Shown here one piece after another: positions 55,880 to 64,000 of a DNA stretch of 64,000 nt (the first letter of the stretch is position 1; the number at the start of each line of letters is the position of its first letter). The notes below the pieces were generated by a model. That model ran no database searches and was not told where the DNA came from. It saw only the letters and a list, made by a program, of their open reading frames with translations. This stretch comes from a virus. The DNA is taken from the IMG/VR virus record IMGVR_UViG_3300027969_002350, positions 1 to 64,000 of that record; one strand, 5' to 3'. The position numbers and the translations under genes are program-made.

Positions 55880-57272
55880 CTTTAAAAATATCTTTCATCT
55901 CTGGGAAGGTAGTATAAAAATTAGTACCTCGCTGTTTATCTAATAGCTCTAAGTATTCTTTCATTTCTGGCAAACGCACACTCCAGTCTTCACTCTTAGC
56001 AAATTTAACCATACCGCGAAGACGATCTATACCGTAATCTGCATTTAACCATTGTTCTTCAGTTACTTTACCTTGATGCCATGCTGGCACGCCTTTTTGC
56101 CAATTAGCTTTCCACCACGGAATAAACTCTTCGTACTTGCGTTCAATCTCATCTTTAAACCATGCTGGCAATATCTTAACATTTAAATGTGGTGGATGAT
56201 AAACAAAGTGATAGTTAATGCCGCCAGCACCAAATGGCCACATGTTAATCTTCTTAAAGCCATGTTCTAGCTTCCACTTTAAAAACTCTGGGATATAATA
56301 AATGTTCAGTGCTTGCACGGCACAGGCAATTGATATCTCTACATTTTTTCCTGTCTCGTTATCTAACTGTCTAAATGCTTCTAAGTTTCTTTCCCACTTA
56401 CTTGGATAACGAATATAATCATTACGTTCTTCTATAGCATCAACACTATAGTGATAACGAACTAGTTTAAAATGACTCCATAATTCAAATAAATCTTCAC
56501 GCCACTCGACACCATTGCTGTTATAACGTATTTCCATGTCCTTGGCATAGCCACGCTTAATACATTCTTCTAGAATAGCATAATGCTCTTCAATGATTAA
56601 AGGCTCGCCTCCAGCAAAGTAAAGCTGTTTCATATTAGGAATCTGTTCCCATAACTGTTCCCAGAATTGAGGATTGCTCTTATGCCAATTATAACTGGCA
56701 CCGTTCTCTTGTCCTTTGTTACCCCATTGCATACTATCTTTAAGTACAGGATTAGTAACGTTAGGATACATCTTTTGCCATTCAGGAACCCATAAACTAC
56801 TATCATGCGGACTACACATCACACATGCCAGGTTACATTTAGTACCAAACCTCATGTCAATATAAGCAATATGCGGGGGGACGCTACCGTCTTCTTGGGT
56901 GTCTTCTAATAGTTTGTCTAGATCGACACGTTGGCTCCAGTATTTTGTTTCCCATTCACGTTTAGATTTATGTCCTTCACGTTCTTCCTTGTAACACTTA
57001 GTACAGCTATCTGGTTCTTCACCTGCTAGCATTTTAAGTCTTGTATTCTTCATGTAGTCATTATTCCAACTACTTAGAAAGTCTGTGTGATTTAAATTTG
57101 CGGGTTTACCATCGGCATTTTTGAGAATACCGACTTCGCCGCCATGAATTTTGTCGTTTGTTGGGCCTACTGAACTTGCATTGGCGGTACAGCAGACTCG
57201 CATATGTCCGTTGGGTCGTGTGCTTAAATGTACCCACGGAAGGATACAAAATGTTTTACTTGGAGTTGTCAT
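55872..57272 (-). CDS. Radical SAM protein with N-terminal twitch/SPASM-like region
   Basis: FCILPW...VCC, CTKC, CNLACVMC, AGGEP; minus-strand TAAATA 5 nt upstream of ATG. Confidence 0.9.
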   Translation of the reverse strand: MTTPSKTFCILPWVHLSTRPNGHMRVCCTANASSVGPTNDKIHGGEVGILKNADGKPANLNHTDFLSSWNNDYMKNTRLKMLAGEEPDSCTKCYKEEREGHKSKREWETKYWSQRVDLDKLLEDTQEDGSVPPHIAYIDMRFGTKCNLACVMCSPHDSSLWVPEWQKMYPNVTNPVLKDSMQWGNKGQENGASYNWHKSNPQFWEQLWEQIPNMKQLYFAGGEPLIIEEHYAILEECIKRGYAKDMEIRYNSNGVEWREDLFELWSHFKLVRYHYSVDAIEERNDYIRYPSKWERNLEAFRQLDNETGKNVEISIACAVQALNIYYIPEFLKWKLEHGFKKINMWPFGAGGINYHFVYHPPHLNVKILPAWFKDEIERKYEEFIPWWKANWQKGVPAWHQGKVTEEQWLNADYGIDRLRGMVKFAKSEDWSVRLPEMKEYLELLDKQRGTNFYTTFPEMKDIFKDV

Positions 57273-57321
57273 ACTAGTATTTAATCAACAAAGCCGGATA
57301 GACCTGTTGATTAAGAAATTA

Positions 57322-57639
57322 TTAATCTTTTCCTTGTTGCTGTACTTTACGGACAAAAGGATGTTTCGGAGAGTCGGTGCCACAGGTATCTAGACAAGTC
57401 GAAAATGGTTCGTCTGTATCAAAAGAGTCTTTTAATTTATCGTATGCTTTGATAATATCTTCTTTAGCATTAGTAATAAAAATTCTTTTATAGTCCTCCC
57501 CTAAAAACTTTTCTAAGGCATTGTGGCGTCTCTTTGTACTTACTAACCAGCAACAAGGTGCAACTAAGCCAGTAAACTCAATAAAAACACCCGGATGTTT
57601 AACGCAAAACGGATTTACTTTTTTGTTGGTTGAATTCAT
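57322..57639 (-). CDS. Stand-alone SPASM/twitch domain
   Basis: PFC...FIEFTGLVAPCCW...CLDTC. Confidence 0.7.
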   Translation of the reverse strand: MNSTNKKVNPFCVKHPGVFIEFTGLVAPCCWLVSTKRRHNALEKFLGEDYKRIFITNAKEDIIKAYDKLKDSFDTDEPFSTCLDTCGTDSPKHPFVRKVQQQGKD

Positions 57640-58270
57640 TTTCTATTTCCTCAAATGGGCGACTAGGTGCTAACCAATCATTTCCTCCCGGTACAACAAC
57701 TAATGCATGTTGTAATTCAAAACCTATTCCTAATTCAATACTTTTTTCATAAGCATCCATGATCGTATTTTCATTAAATGAAAATACGATATGTTTCCAT
57801 TTAATTCTAGCTTTTTTAACTTTTGTATTATTGACTTTGACACATGATTTAATAGCGGTTTCAACATCTTCCCATTCTGAATTAACTCGATATTGCATAT
57901 AGTTTTCCGGACTGCCGTCTATACTAAAGAACAACAAATCATGTTCATTAAATTCAGCCATTAACCTTTCCCACCACTCTGCAGATTTGCCTGAGCCGTT
58001 GGTATGTGTTATAATTTGACAAGTAGGATGTGCTTGTTTAACTGAGCGCACTAGTCCAATAAAATCTTTACTGTATATTGGATCTCCCCAATTACCGCAA
58101 AACGTAATAACTTCTGGATTGCAGCCAAGCAAGAATTCTTTGAAATATTCAATATCCATATCAAACATATTGTGAATATACTTGTTATGCGGTGTTGTTC
58201 TTGTACATTCTAAACAAAGCAATCTACATCGGTTTGTTAATCCAACATGTAAGCATGTAAAATCAATCAT
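57599..58270 (-). CDS. Radical SAM core lacking the C-terminal SPASM
   Basis: CRLLCLEC, CGNWGDP, HTNGS, FSIDG, YRVN; only 223 aa. Confidence 0.85.
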   Translation of the reverse strand: MIDFTCLHVGLTNRCRLLCLECTRTTPHNKYIHNMFDMDIEYFKEFLLGCNPEVITFCGNWGDPIYSKDFIGLVRSVKQAHPTCQIITHTNGSGKSAEWWERLMAEFNEHDLLFFSIDGSPENYMQYRVNSEWEDVETAIKSCVKVNNTKVKKARIKWKHIVFSFNENTIMDAYEKSIELGIGFELQHALVVVPGGNDWLAPSRPFEEIENEFNQQKSKSVLR

Positions 58271-58279
58271 ATAATTTCC

Positions 58280-59347
58280 TTATATTAAAGTATAGTTACC
58301 TATCGGTAATACTTCTAGTTTTTTCACATTGCATACTTCAGTGCAACGATGAATACGATCAATTTTATTTATACCGTGTTCTTTTGATTGCCAACTACTA
58401 ACTAAGTTGTCTGTGTAAAATTCGTGTGCTAGTATTTCTTCAACAGAATATTTAGTCAGGTCGTTCCAGTCATTACTGCCATACGATTCAAATAATCGTT
58501 GTTGTAAAATTTCTGCTCGGCCACGATCCATGTTCATAAACCCATTGTGTAAAAAACAGCAGGGCCATAGCTTACTATCAAAACCAATGAAATACATTTT
58601 CTTTGTTTGATTATTACATTGTATTTCATTATCTACTGAATCTTTAAATGCTTCATTAACTGAGTCGATGGTACTTTTATAATCTTTGCGCTTTATATTA
58701 TCTACTTTAATTTTTTGAATTAATTGTAAACCTAGACTAGTTGCCACGCTTCTATCATGTCTGCTCATAAACTCTTTAAACTGCATCTTAACACTTAATG
58801 CTTTTGCATCCATAATCTGATGCTCATTCCAAGGGAATATTAAATATTGCCAGCCTGCATTGCCTCCTGCGCCAATAAAAGCATTTGCATTTTCTATAAT
58901 CTTAGACCATGTAGTATTTTGTCTGTATATATGATTAGTATCTTCCATGCCATCAATACTAAATTTAACCATATGTCTGTCATGCTTCTTTAGCACTTGA
59001 GCTAATTTAGTCCAGTATTTTACACTACGTAAGCTGGCATTTGTATGAATTATAATATTGTATTTGCCCACAGTACTTGCAAAATCTAAGAAATCTAAAA
59101 ATTCAGGATGCATTAAAGGATCGTCGATTGTTCCACAAAACTCTAACTCGATGACTGATTTAAATTCTGGTGCTAGTAAAATCTTTTTGAATGTTTCAAA
59201 TTTAATATATTCTTTATCAGGAATAACATATTTCTTTTCATTGAACGAATTACCGTCTGTTCTAACACAGCCCAGACATAGTGCATTGCACATGCTACTA
59301 AGTTCGAATTGTAGCTTGGTGGCCGCGGATAGATATGTATTATTCAT
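58280..59347 (-). CDS. Radical SAM protein with C-terminal SPASM/twitch
   Basis: CNALCLGC, CGTIDDP, C-terminal IQC...WPCC...CTEVC. Confidence 0.9.
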   Translation of the reverse strand: MNNTYLSAATKLQFELSSMCNALCLGCVRTDGNSFNEKKYVIPDKEYIKFETFKKILLAPEFKSVIELEFCGTIDDPLMHPEFLDFLDFASTVGKYNIIIHTNASLRSVKYWTKLAQVLKKHDRHMVKFSIDGMEDTNHIYRQNTTWSKIIENANAFIGAGGNAGWQYLIFPWNEHQIMDAKALSVKMQFKEFMSRHDRSVATSLGLQLIQKIKVDNIKRKDYKSTIDSVNEAFKDSVDNEIQCNNQTKKMYFIGFDSKLWPCCFLHNGFMNMDRGRAEILQQRLFESYGSNDWNDLTKYSVEEILAHEFYTDNLVSSWQSKEHGINKIDRIHRCTEVCNVKKLEVLPIGNYTLI

Positions 59348-60311
59348 AATTAAGTTCTTTTGGTATTAACACATCAGCAGTACACATGCACCAATCTTCT
59401 TTACATTTTACTGACTGTGTTAGCAGGCCACTAAAATTAAAAATACTAGTAAATGGTTTTAATTGTGCTGTTCTGCATGTTGCCATATATATAGAACCAG
59501 TATCATCTACATATATATGATCCATGCCCATATTACAGTCCCATCCTTTAAATTTATTTGTTCTATTGTTAACGGCTTCTACTTCGTCAAATCTAGAAAC
59601 AACATCAAATTCGTCTTTAATAAAAGTATTACCATAATAGTTATGAATAGGTGCAGGTTTAATTGCTCCACGAATGTTCAATCCTGTATTTGCAGATAAC
59701 CAACTTAATTGTTCGGTATTATATTCATAACTAATAGATAGTCCACTTTGATTGTTGTTTCTTTGAAATACCCTACTAGGTTCTAACGTTATGTTAGGCA
59801 TATCTTTAAGTCTTTCAAATGCATCTACACTTTTTTCCCAGTAAGGAGAAACTGGATACATTAAAGTAACTATGCCGATATTAGTTTGTGTGCCAATGAA
59901 TCTAATTTTTTCAAATATTTCTTCATCTGCACTTTCTGGGTGATAGCTAATTGTAACTTTATAAATTTTAGGGGCATATTCCCTCCACCATTCTATGCTT
60001 CTACTTCCGTTTGTATTAACATATACACACCAACCAGCTTCATTACAAAAATCAATAATTGTTTCTAAACTGGGACTAATAGTAGGTTCACCACCATTTA
60101 CAAATACATGTACGCTTCTTCCGATAACTTCTTTTTGTATGTTGGTAAGAAATTTTTTAATTATTACAGGATCTTCTTGTTTACTTTTAAAAACATTTGT
60201 ACCTGTGTGGAGGGATGGCGGACAATAGCTACAATGATACGTGCAAAGAGTATTCAATGTCCAATCAATAATAAATCGATTTGTCTCATTGTAAATTTTA
60301 ATAGTTTTCAT
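59340..60311 (-). CDS. Radical SAM protein with C-terminal Cys-rich region
   Basis: WTLNTLCTYHCSYC, NGGEPT, GWDC...TC...KC...CMC. Confidence 0.9.
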   Translation of the reverse strand: MKTIKIYNETNRFIIDWTLNTLCTYHCSYCPPSLHTGTNVFKSKQEDPVIIKKFLTNIQKEVIGRSVHVFVNGGEPTISPSLETIIDFCNEAGWCVYVNTNGSRSIEWWREYAPKIYKVTISYHPESADEEIFEKIRFIGTQTNIGIVTLMYPVSPYWEKSVDAFERLKDMPNITLEPSRVFQRNNNQSGLSISYEYNTEQLSWLSANTGLNIRGAIKPAPIHNYYGNTFIKDEFDVVSRFDEVEAVNNRTNKFKGWDCNMGMDHIYVDDTGSIYMATCRTAQLKPFTSIFNFSGLLTQSVKCKEDWCMCTADVLIPKELNYE

Positions 60312-61480
60312 TTAAATTGTTCTTTAAAGGCATCGTATTTAGTACCACATGTCTTGGCACAAACTGCTAACTTACCTTCTGCACAACTGGGCTTAGTCCA
60401 CGATCCTGGAACAACTTCTTGGATGAATTTGCCGTTGATAACATCATTTAAATCGTGTACACGCAGATCTAAACTGTCAAGGCCTGCACTATCAATAGCA
60501 TCCCAAATTTGGCCGCCGCGTTCTTTCCAATACCAAACATACATCTGCCCAGCTGTCCAACAACATGGCTGTAGATATCCTTCTGCTGTAATGTAAATGC
60601 TTTTTTCTTCAGCAACTTTACATTTAACTTCAACAGAGTCCCAGTACTTTTCCATGTCTTTTTTCTTATCAAGATCTAAATTAAATTTCTGGCTACCTAT
60701 TTTACCTTCAAGTTCTGCTACAGTTGAAATAAAATCAATTTTAACTTCACCTTTGTCTTTACTTAAACTTTCTAATTGCTTTAATGCGGCATTTTGATAT
60801 TCGGGATTCTTAGGCATACTTAACAACGTAGTTTCGTTGCCTTTACGATTTCCTGCTTGATGTTCTGCTTTAACTGCACCTCTAGTATTGCTAAAGAACC
60901 TATTGGACTTTTTGACATTAAACTTTTCAAAGCCCATGCTAGTTGCTAATGCTCTAGCTTCTTCAACTTGATGTTCGTTATGTCCAAATACAATATAGTC
61001 CCAACGAGCTCTACCGCCGGCGGCTATAAAGGCTTCTGCATTACGCATAATGTTTTTCCATACCGTGCCTTGTCGATACAAGTGATTAGTATCTTCTAAG
61101 CCGTCTACACTGAATACAACATAATGACTTTTACCCATAGCGGCAGGCAACTTACTCCACCATTCAGGAGTTTTAGCACTGGCATTTGTGTGAAAGCTCA
61201 ATTGCATTTTAGCATTGTGGCTGCGAATATATTCAAATATCTCTAATGTATCTCTGGCACTAATTGGGTCACCATAGTTGCCGCACATATACAATCGTTT
61301 TAATTGTTTGATGAATTTAGGTTTTAGTATTGTTTTAACATCATCTAAGCTAAGTTCAGCGTCATGTAATTGTGGATTAACTTCGCCGCCATTGATGTTT
61401 CTAGCACATTGAGGACAACTAGCATTACAGCGTTCTGTAACTTCTAAGTGAACTGTGGCGATTTCATTAGCTTTATACAT
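60308..61480 (-). CDS. Radical SAM protein with C-terminal SPASM/twitch
   Basis: CNASCPQC, CGNYGDP, VKC...QPCCW...CAKTC. Confidence 0.9.
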   Translation of the reverse strand: MYKANEIATVHLEVTERCNASCPQCARNINGGEVNPQLHDAELSLDDVKTILKPKFIKQLKRLYMCGNYGDPISARDTLEIFEYIRSHNAKMQLSFHTNASAKTPEWWSKLPAAMGKSHYVVFSVDGLEDTNHLYRQGTVWKNIMRNAEAFIAAGGRARWDYIVFGHNEHQVEEARALATSMGFEKFNVKKSNRFFSNTRGAVKAEHQAGNRKGNETTLLSMPKNPEYQNAALKQLESLSKDKGEVKIDFISTVAELEGKIGSQKFNLDLDKKKDMEKYWDSVEVKCKVAEEKSIYITAEGYLQPCCWTAGQMYVWYWKERGGQIWDAIDSAGLDSLDLRVHDLNDVINGKFIQEVVPGSWTKPSCAEGKLAVCAKTCGTKYDAFKEQFK

Positions 61481-62331
61481 TATTTGATACCATAGATCAT
61501 AAATCTTTTATATTTGGGAAAAGCTGTTTCTCCCCTAAAATGAACTATATTTAATGGGTATTTTTTTAAAAAAACTCCAAAATTTTCACAATAGTTTATA
61601 TGGTCGTATTCGGGACTACTATTTGATTGTATTAAAACTGTAGTACCTGGTTTTAACTTTTCAAACCAAACATTACTCATATGCTCTGCACTTGTGTTAA
61701 TAATTAAATCAGGATTTAAAATACTATTATTAAAAATAATATTGTTATTTGCATCAAACGCTTCTTCCATAGTTCTGTTATCAACTTGTGCATTTGAATT
61801 TATAATTTTAACTAATGGATTAATACTACTGTCTGGATCTATACTGTATAGATTGGAATATGTAATATCTTTTAAAAATAAACTATGATGTGTAAGCCAG
61901 CCGCCAATTAACAATACATTATCAAAATTTAATTTAAATTTATTTAATGTTTCTGCCATCCAAAGTTTACTTAGGATTTGACTTTTACTAAAGACCGTTG
62001 CAATTATATCATTATTTAACAATGTAATATTGTGCAATTTTTTCAACACTACATCATTGGGCCATATAGAAGTCATAATATAGATTAATTCACTGGTAAC
62101 TAGTTTATCTTCAGCGCATATGTTAGTATAAAAATTTAAACGTTCGTTTCTGTTTAAGTTTGAATACAATTCATAATCGCTAGCAATCAAATCTTTTAAC
62201 GGCCATGTTTTTAATTTAGGCTCAGAATATTTCATATTAATAATATGACGTATAAAGTTTTTCTTTTCTGGTTCATTAATAAAGTTAAAAAACTTTTCAA
62301 TTCCAAAAAGCCAAGAGAGTTGATCATCCAT
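61480..62331 (-). CDS. Class I SAM-dependent methyltransferase-like protein
   Basis: VLLIGGW, SIDPD, DLIINTSAEH Rossmann-like motifs. Confidence 0.55.
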   Translation of the reverse strand: MDDQLSWLFGIEKFFNFINEPEKKNFIRHIINMKYSEPKLKTWPLKDLIASDYELYSNLNRNERLNFYTNICAEDKLVTSELIYIMTSIWPNDVVLKKLHNITLLNNDIIATVFSKSQILSKLWMAETLNKFKLNFDNVLLIGGWLTHHSLFLKDITYSNLYSIDPDSSINPLVKIINSNAQVDNRTMEEAFDANNNIIFNNSILNPDLIINTSAEHMSNVWFEKLKPGTTVLIQSNSSPEYDHINYCENFGVFLKKYPLNIVHFRGETAFPKYKRFMIYGIK

Positions 62332-63004
62332 TTAAACCCGTCCATTCTGTAAATTTACCACGTAGCCATTTAAAATTATTTACTAAAGTAAAATCTGCAT
62401 TTTCTTCTTTAGTGTATGCAACACCTTGTCTTGCACCTTGTATAGCAAAGTATCCATACTGCGTTTCTATACCTGCTTCGCACCACATAGTTAACCGTTC
62501 TTGACTTTCTTGATCATTATTATTTTTATTAATACCAGCACTAAGTTTAACTGCTTCACGAAATGCTGTTCTCCACGTACTGTATGGATTATAATTAAAC
62601 CTATGCTCTGTGGCTAGTATGTTTAACTTAATATAACTATCAGCAAGTGTAGTAGTCATATCAGGTCGGTCTAAGCGTTCTGCACTAAAACAATCCTTAC
62701 TAAATAATTTAATACCACCGTGTCCATATATTAAACCATTAATGGGATTTTTACTGCGAAATACCGCGACACTCTTTGGCGTTAGTTCTATTTGTTTATC
62801 AAATGTAAAACTATCTACTATCCACGAGTCAGCATCTACTACATAGAATCTATCGCCTTCACAGAGACCGGCTATGTGTTTATGACTTTCAAATATATTC
62901 CCTACTGCGGCAACTGCTTGAGCATTGTCAGTTTTAGATTGCAGTCGTTCCCAATTATCATTGAGATTGCTTTCATCAGAATATAAAAAATAAACAGGTA
63001 ACAT
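62324..63004 (-). CDS. GT-A glycosyltransferase-like protein
   Basis: FYVVDAD (DxD), NPINGLIYGHGGIKL, WRTAFREAVKL; paralog of the next gene. Confidence 0.55.
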   Translation of the reverse strand: MLPVYFLYSDESNLNDNWERLQSKTDNAQAVAAVGNIFESHKHIAGLCEGDRFYVVDADSWIVDSFTFDKQIELTPKSVAVFRSKNPINGLIYGHGGIKLFSKDCFSAERLDRPDMTTTLADSYIKLNILATEHRFNYNPYSTWRTAFREAVKLSAGINKNNNDQESQERLTMWCEAGIETQYGYFAIQGARQGVAYTKEENADFTLVNNFKWLRGKFTEWTGLNG

Positions 63005-63005
63005 T

Positions 63006-63998
63006 TTAATATTTAGGTAACTCGAAACCAAATAATGGTAATGCGCTTTGATTTAATAATGCAGGCCATCCTAGTCCCTTGCCAGGACTAATATGTACAT
63101 GTTTGAACCATATGCTTTGATTTGAATCAAGTTCTACTAATGGTAATCCTAATTGTGCTTTTAAATCCGTCATTAATTTATGACTGCGTTCATTAATATA
63201 CTCACCTTGTTTTAATTGTAATATTTGATTATCCCATAACTTATTAAACCAGTCATAGTCTGAAATTACAGTATGATCAAAGTAGTCCAGATATAGCATG
63301 TGGGCCGCTAACCGAGCACCATATATAACCCAATCTCCGTTTTCTACATCGCGTCCCACTGTCATCCAAATTAACCAACGTGCAAAGTTAGCTGGGTACA
63401 TTTTATGTTTAAAATCCTTAGGAGATACTTTATGTCCTTGATCGAGGCCCATTTTAACACCTTCACGAAAGCCCGCTCTAAATGCTTGTTTAGGAGTTGC
63501 ATTATTATAAACAACGCCATAAGTATTGTTCATTTGTTTGTACTGATCTGCATCCCAGCAAAAATCAACATTATGAGTACTATCGCCTTTTGCTGCCGCT
63601 TCGTGGCTTTTCATATTTTTAACATGTTCAGAATACCATAATTTAATTCCGCCATTACCATAGACTAAGCCATTGACGATATTACGACTACTCCAACTTA
63701 GTGTAGCAAATTTGATATCAGAAGTAATCTCGATACTTTTTTTCCATATTTCACTATCTACAAAACAATCAGCATCTACTGTAAAAAATCTATCAGTGCC
63801 TGCGGTTTCTGCAGCCGCTTTGTGTGCCGCATCAAAGCCTTTGACTCCGTGTACCCTGTACACTAATTCCGGATTAGGATGATTGTTTTTTAAATGATTA
63901 TAATTATCATCTGCATTAGGCTCATCAAAACTTAAAAACACAACAGGTGGTGTTTTTAATTGTATTATTTGATTTTTTTTATTTAATCCGCTATCAAA
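63006..63998 (-). CDS. GT-A glycosyltransferase-like protein; 5'-partial
   Basis: FLSFDE, FFTVDAD, NGLVYGNGGIKL, FRAGFREGVKM; frame stays open to the window edge. Confidence 0.55.
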   Translation of the reverse strand, partial: FDSGLNKKNQIIQLKTPPVVFLSFDEPNADDNYNHLKNNHPNPELVYRVHGVKGFDAAHKAAAETAGTDRFFTVDADCFVDSEIWKKSIEITSDIKFATLSWSSRNIVNGLVYGNGGIKLWYSEHVKNMKSHEAAAKGDSTHNVDFCWDADQYKQMNNTYGVVYNNATPKQAFRAGFREGVKMGLDQGHKVSPKDFKHKMYPANFARWLIWMTVGRDVENGDWVIYGARLAAHMLYLDYFDHTVISDYDWFNKLWDNQILQLKQGEYINERSHKLMTDLKAQLGLPLVELDSNQSIWFKHVHISPGKGLGWPALLNQSALPLFGFELPKY

Positions 63999-64000
63999 AG

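Noticed and set aside
1-64000. Stop-codon reassignment as in some large phages
   Set aside because: Standard-code ORFs tile the window densely and known enzymes are full length
1-64000. tRNA or rRNA genes, integrase, transposase, reverse transcriptase/DGR
   Set aside because: No cloverleaf-like intergenic segments or diagnostic motifs recognised by eye; intergenic gaps are mostly very short

Overview
This window is 64 kb of a large, AT-rich, lytic dsDNA tailed phage (T4-like or jumbo-type myovirus), read with the standard genetic code. No tRNA, CRISPR array, integrase or transposase was seen. Left to right: (1) 1-5.7 kb: late-promoter-driven mosaic proteins that look like capsid-internal proteins. 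They have capsid-targeting-like N-termini and x-x-E junctions, and carry GNAT, Cys-His-Asp and PD-(D/E)xK-like modules. (2) 6-11 kb: Dps, a lysozyme fragment, a DsbA-like protein, family B DNA polymerase and a sliding clamp. (3) 11.5-23.5 kb: a 7-deazaguanine DNA-modification set (QueD-like, TGT/DpdA-like, FolE, QueE; no QueC in the window), interleaved with a glycosyltransferase, cytidylyltransferase, nucleotide-sugar dehydrogenase and sulfotransferase-like genes. (4) 24-31 kb: RNase H-like exonuclease, 2OG-Fe(II) oxygenases and two radical SAM genes. (5) 31.4-38.8 kb: an early region with an array of near-consensus sigma70 promoters, plus a MoxR ATPase and a VWA-metallopeptidase. (6) thyX. 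(7) 39.7-64 kb: a dense enzyme island with 12 radical SAM/SPASM-twitch genes plus oxygenases, SGNH-like, SDR, nitroreductase, methyltransferase-like and glycosyltransferase-like genes, apparently under late promoters. The two best candidates for an undescribed system are this late radical SAM island (14 non-QueE radical SAM genes in the window) and the deazaguanine-plus-sugar cluster. All product calls come from motif recognition by eye; no database searches were run.
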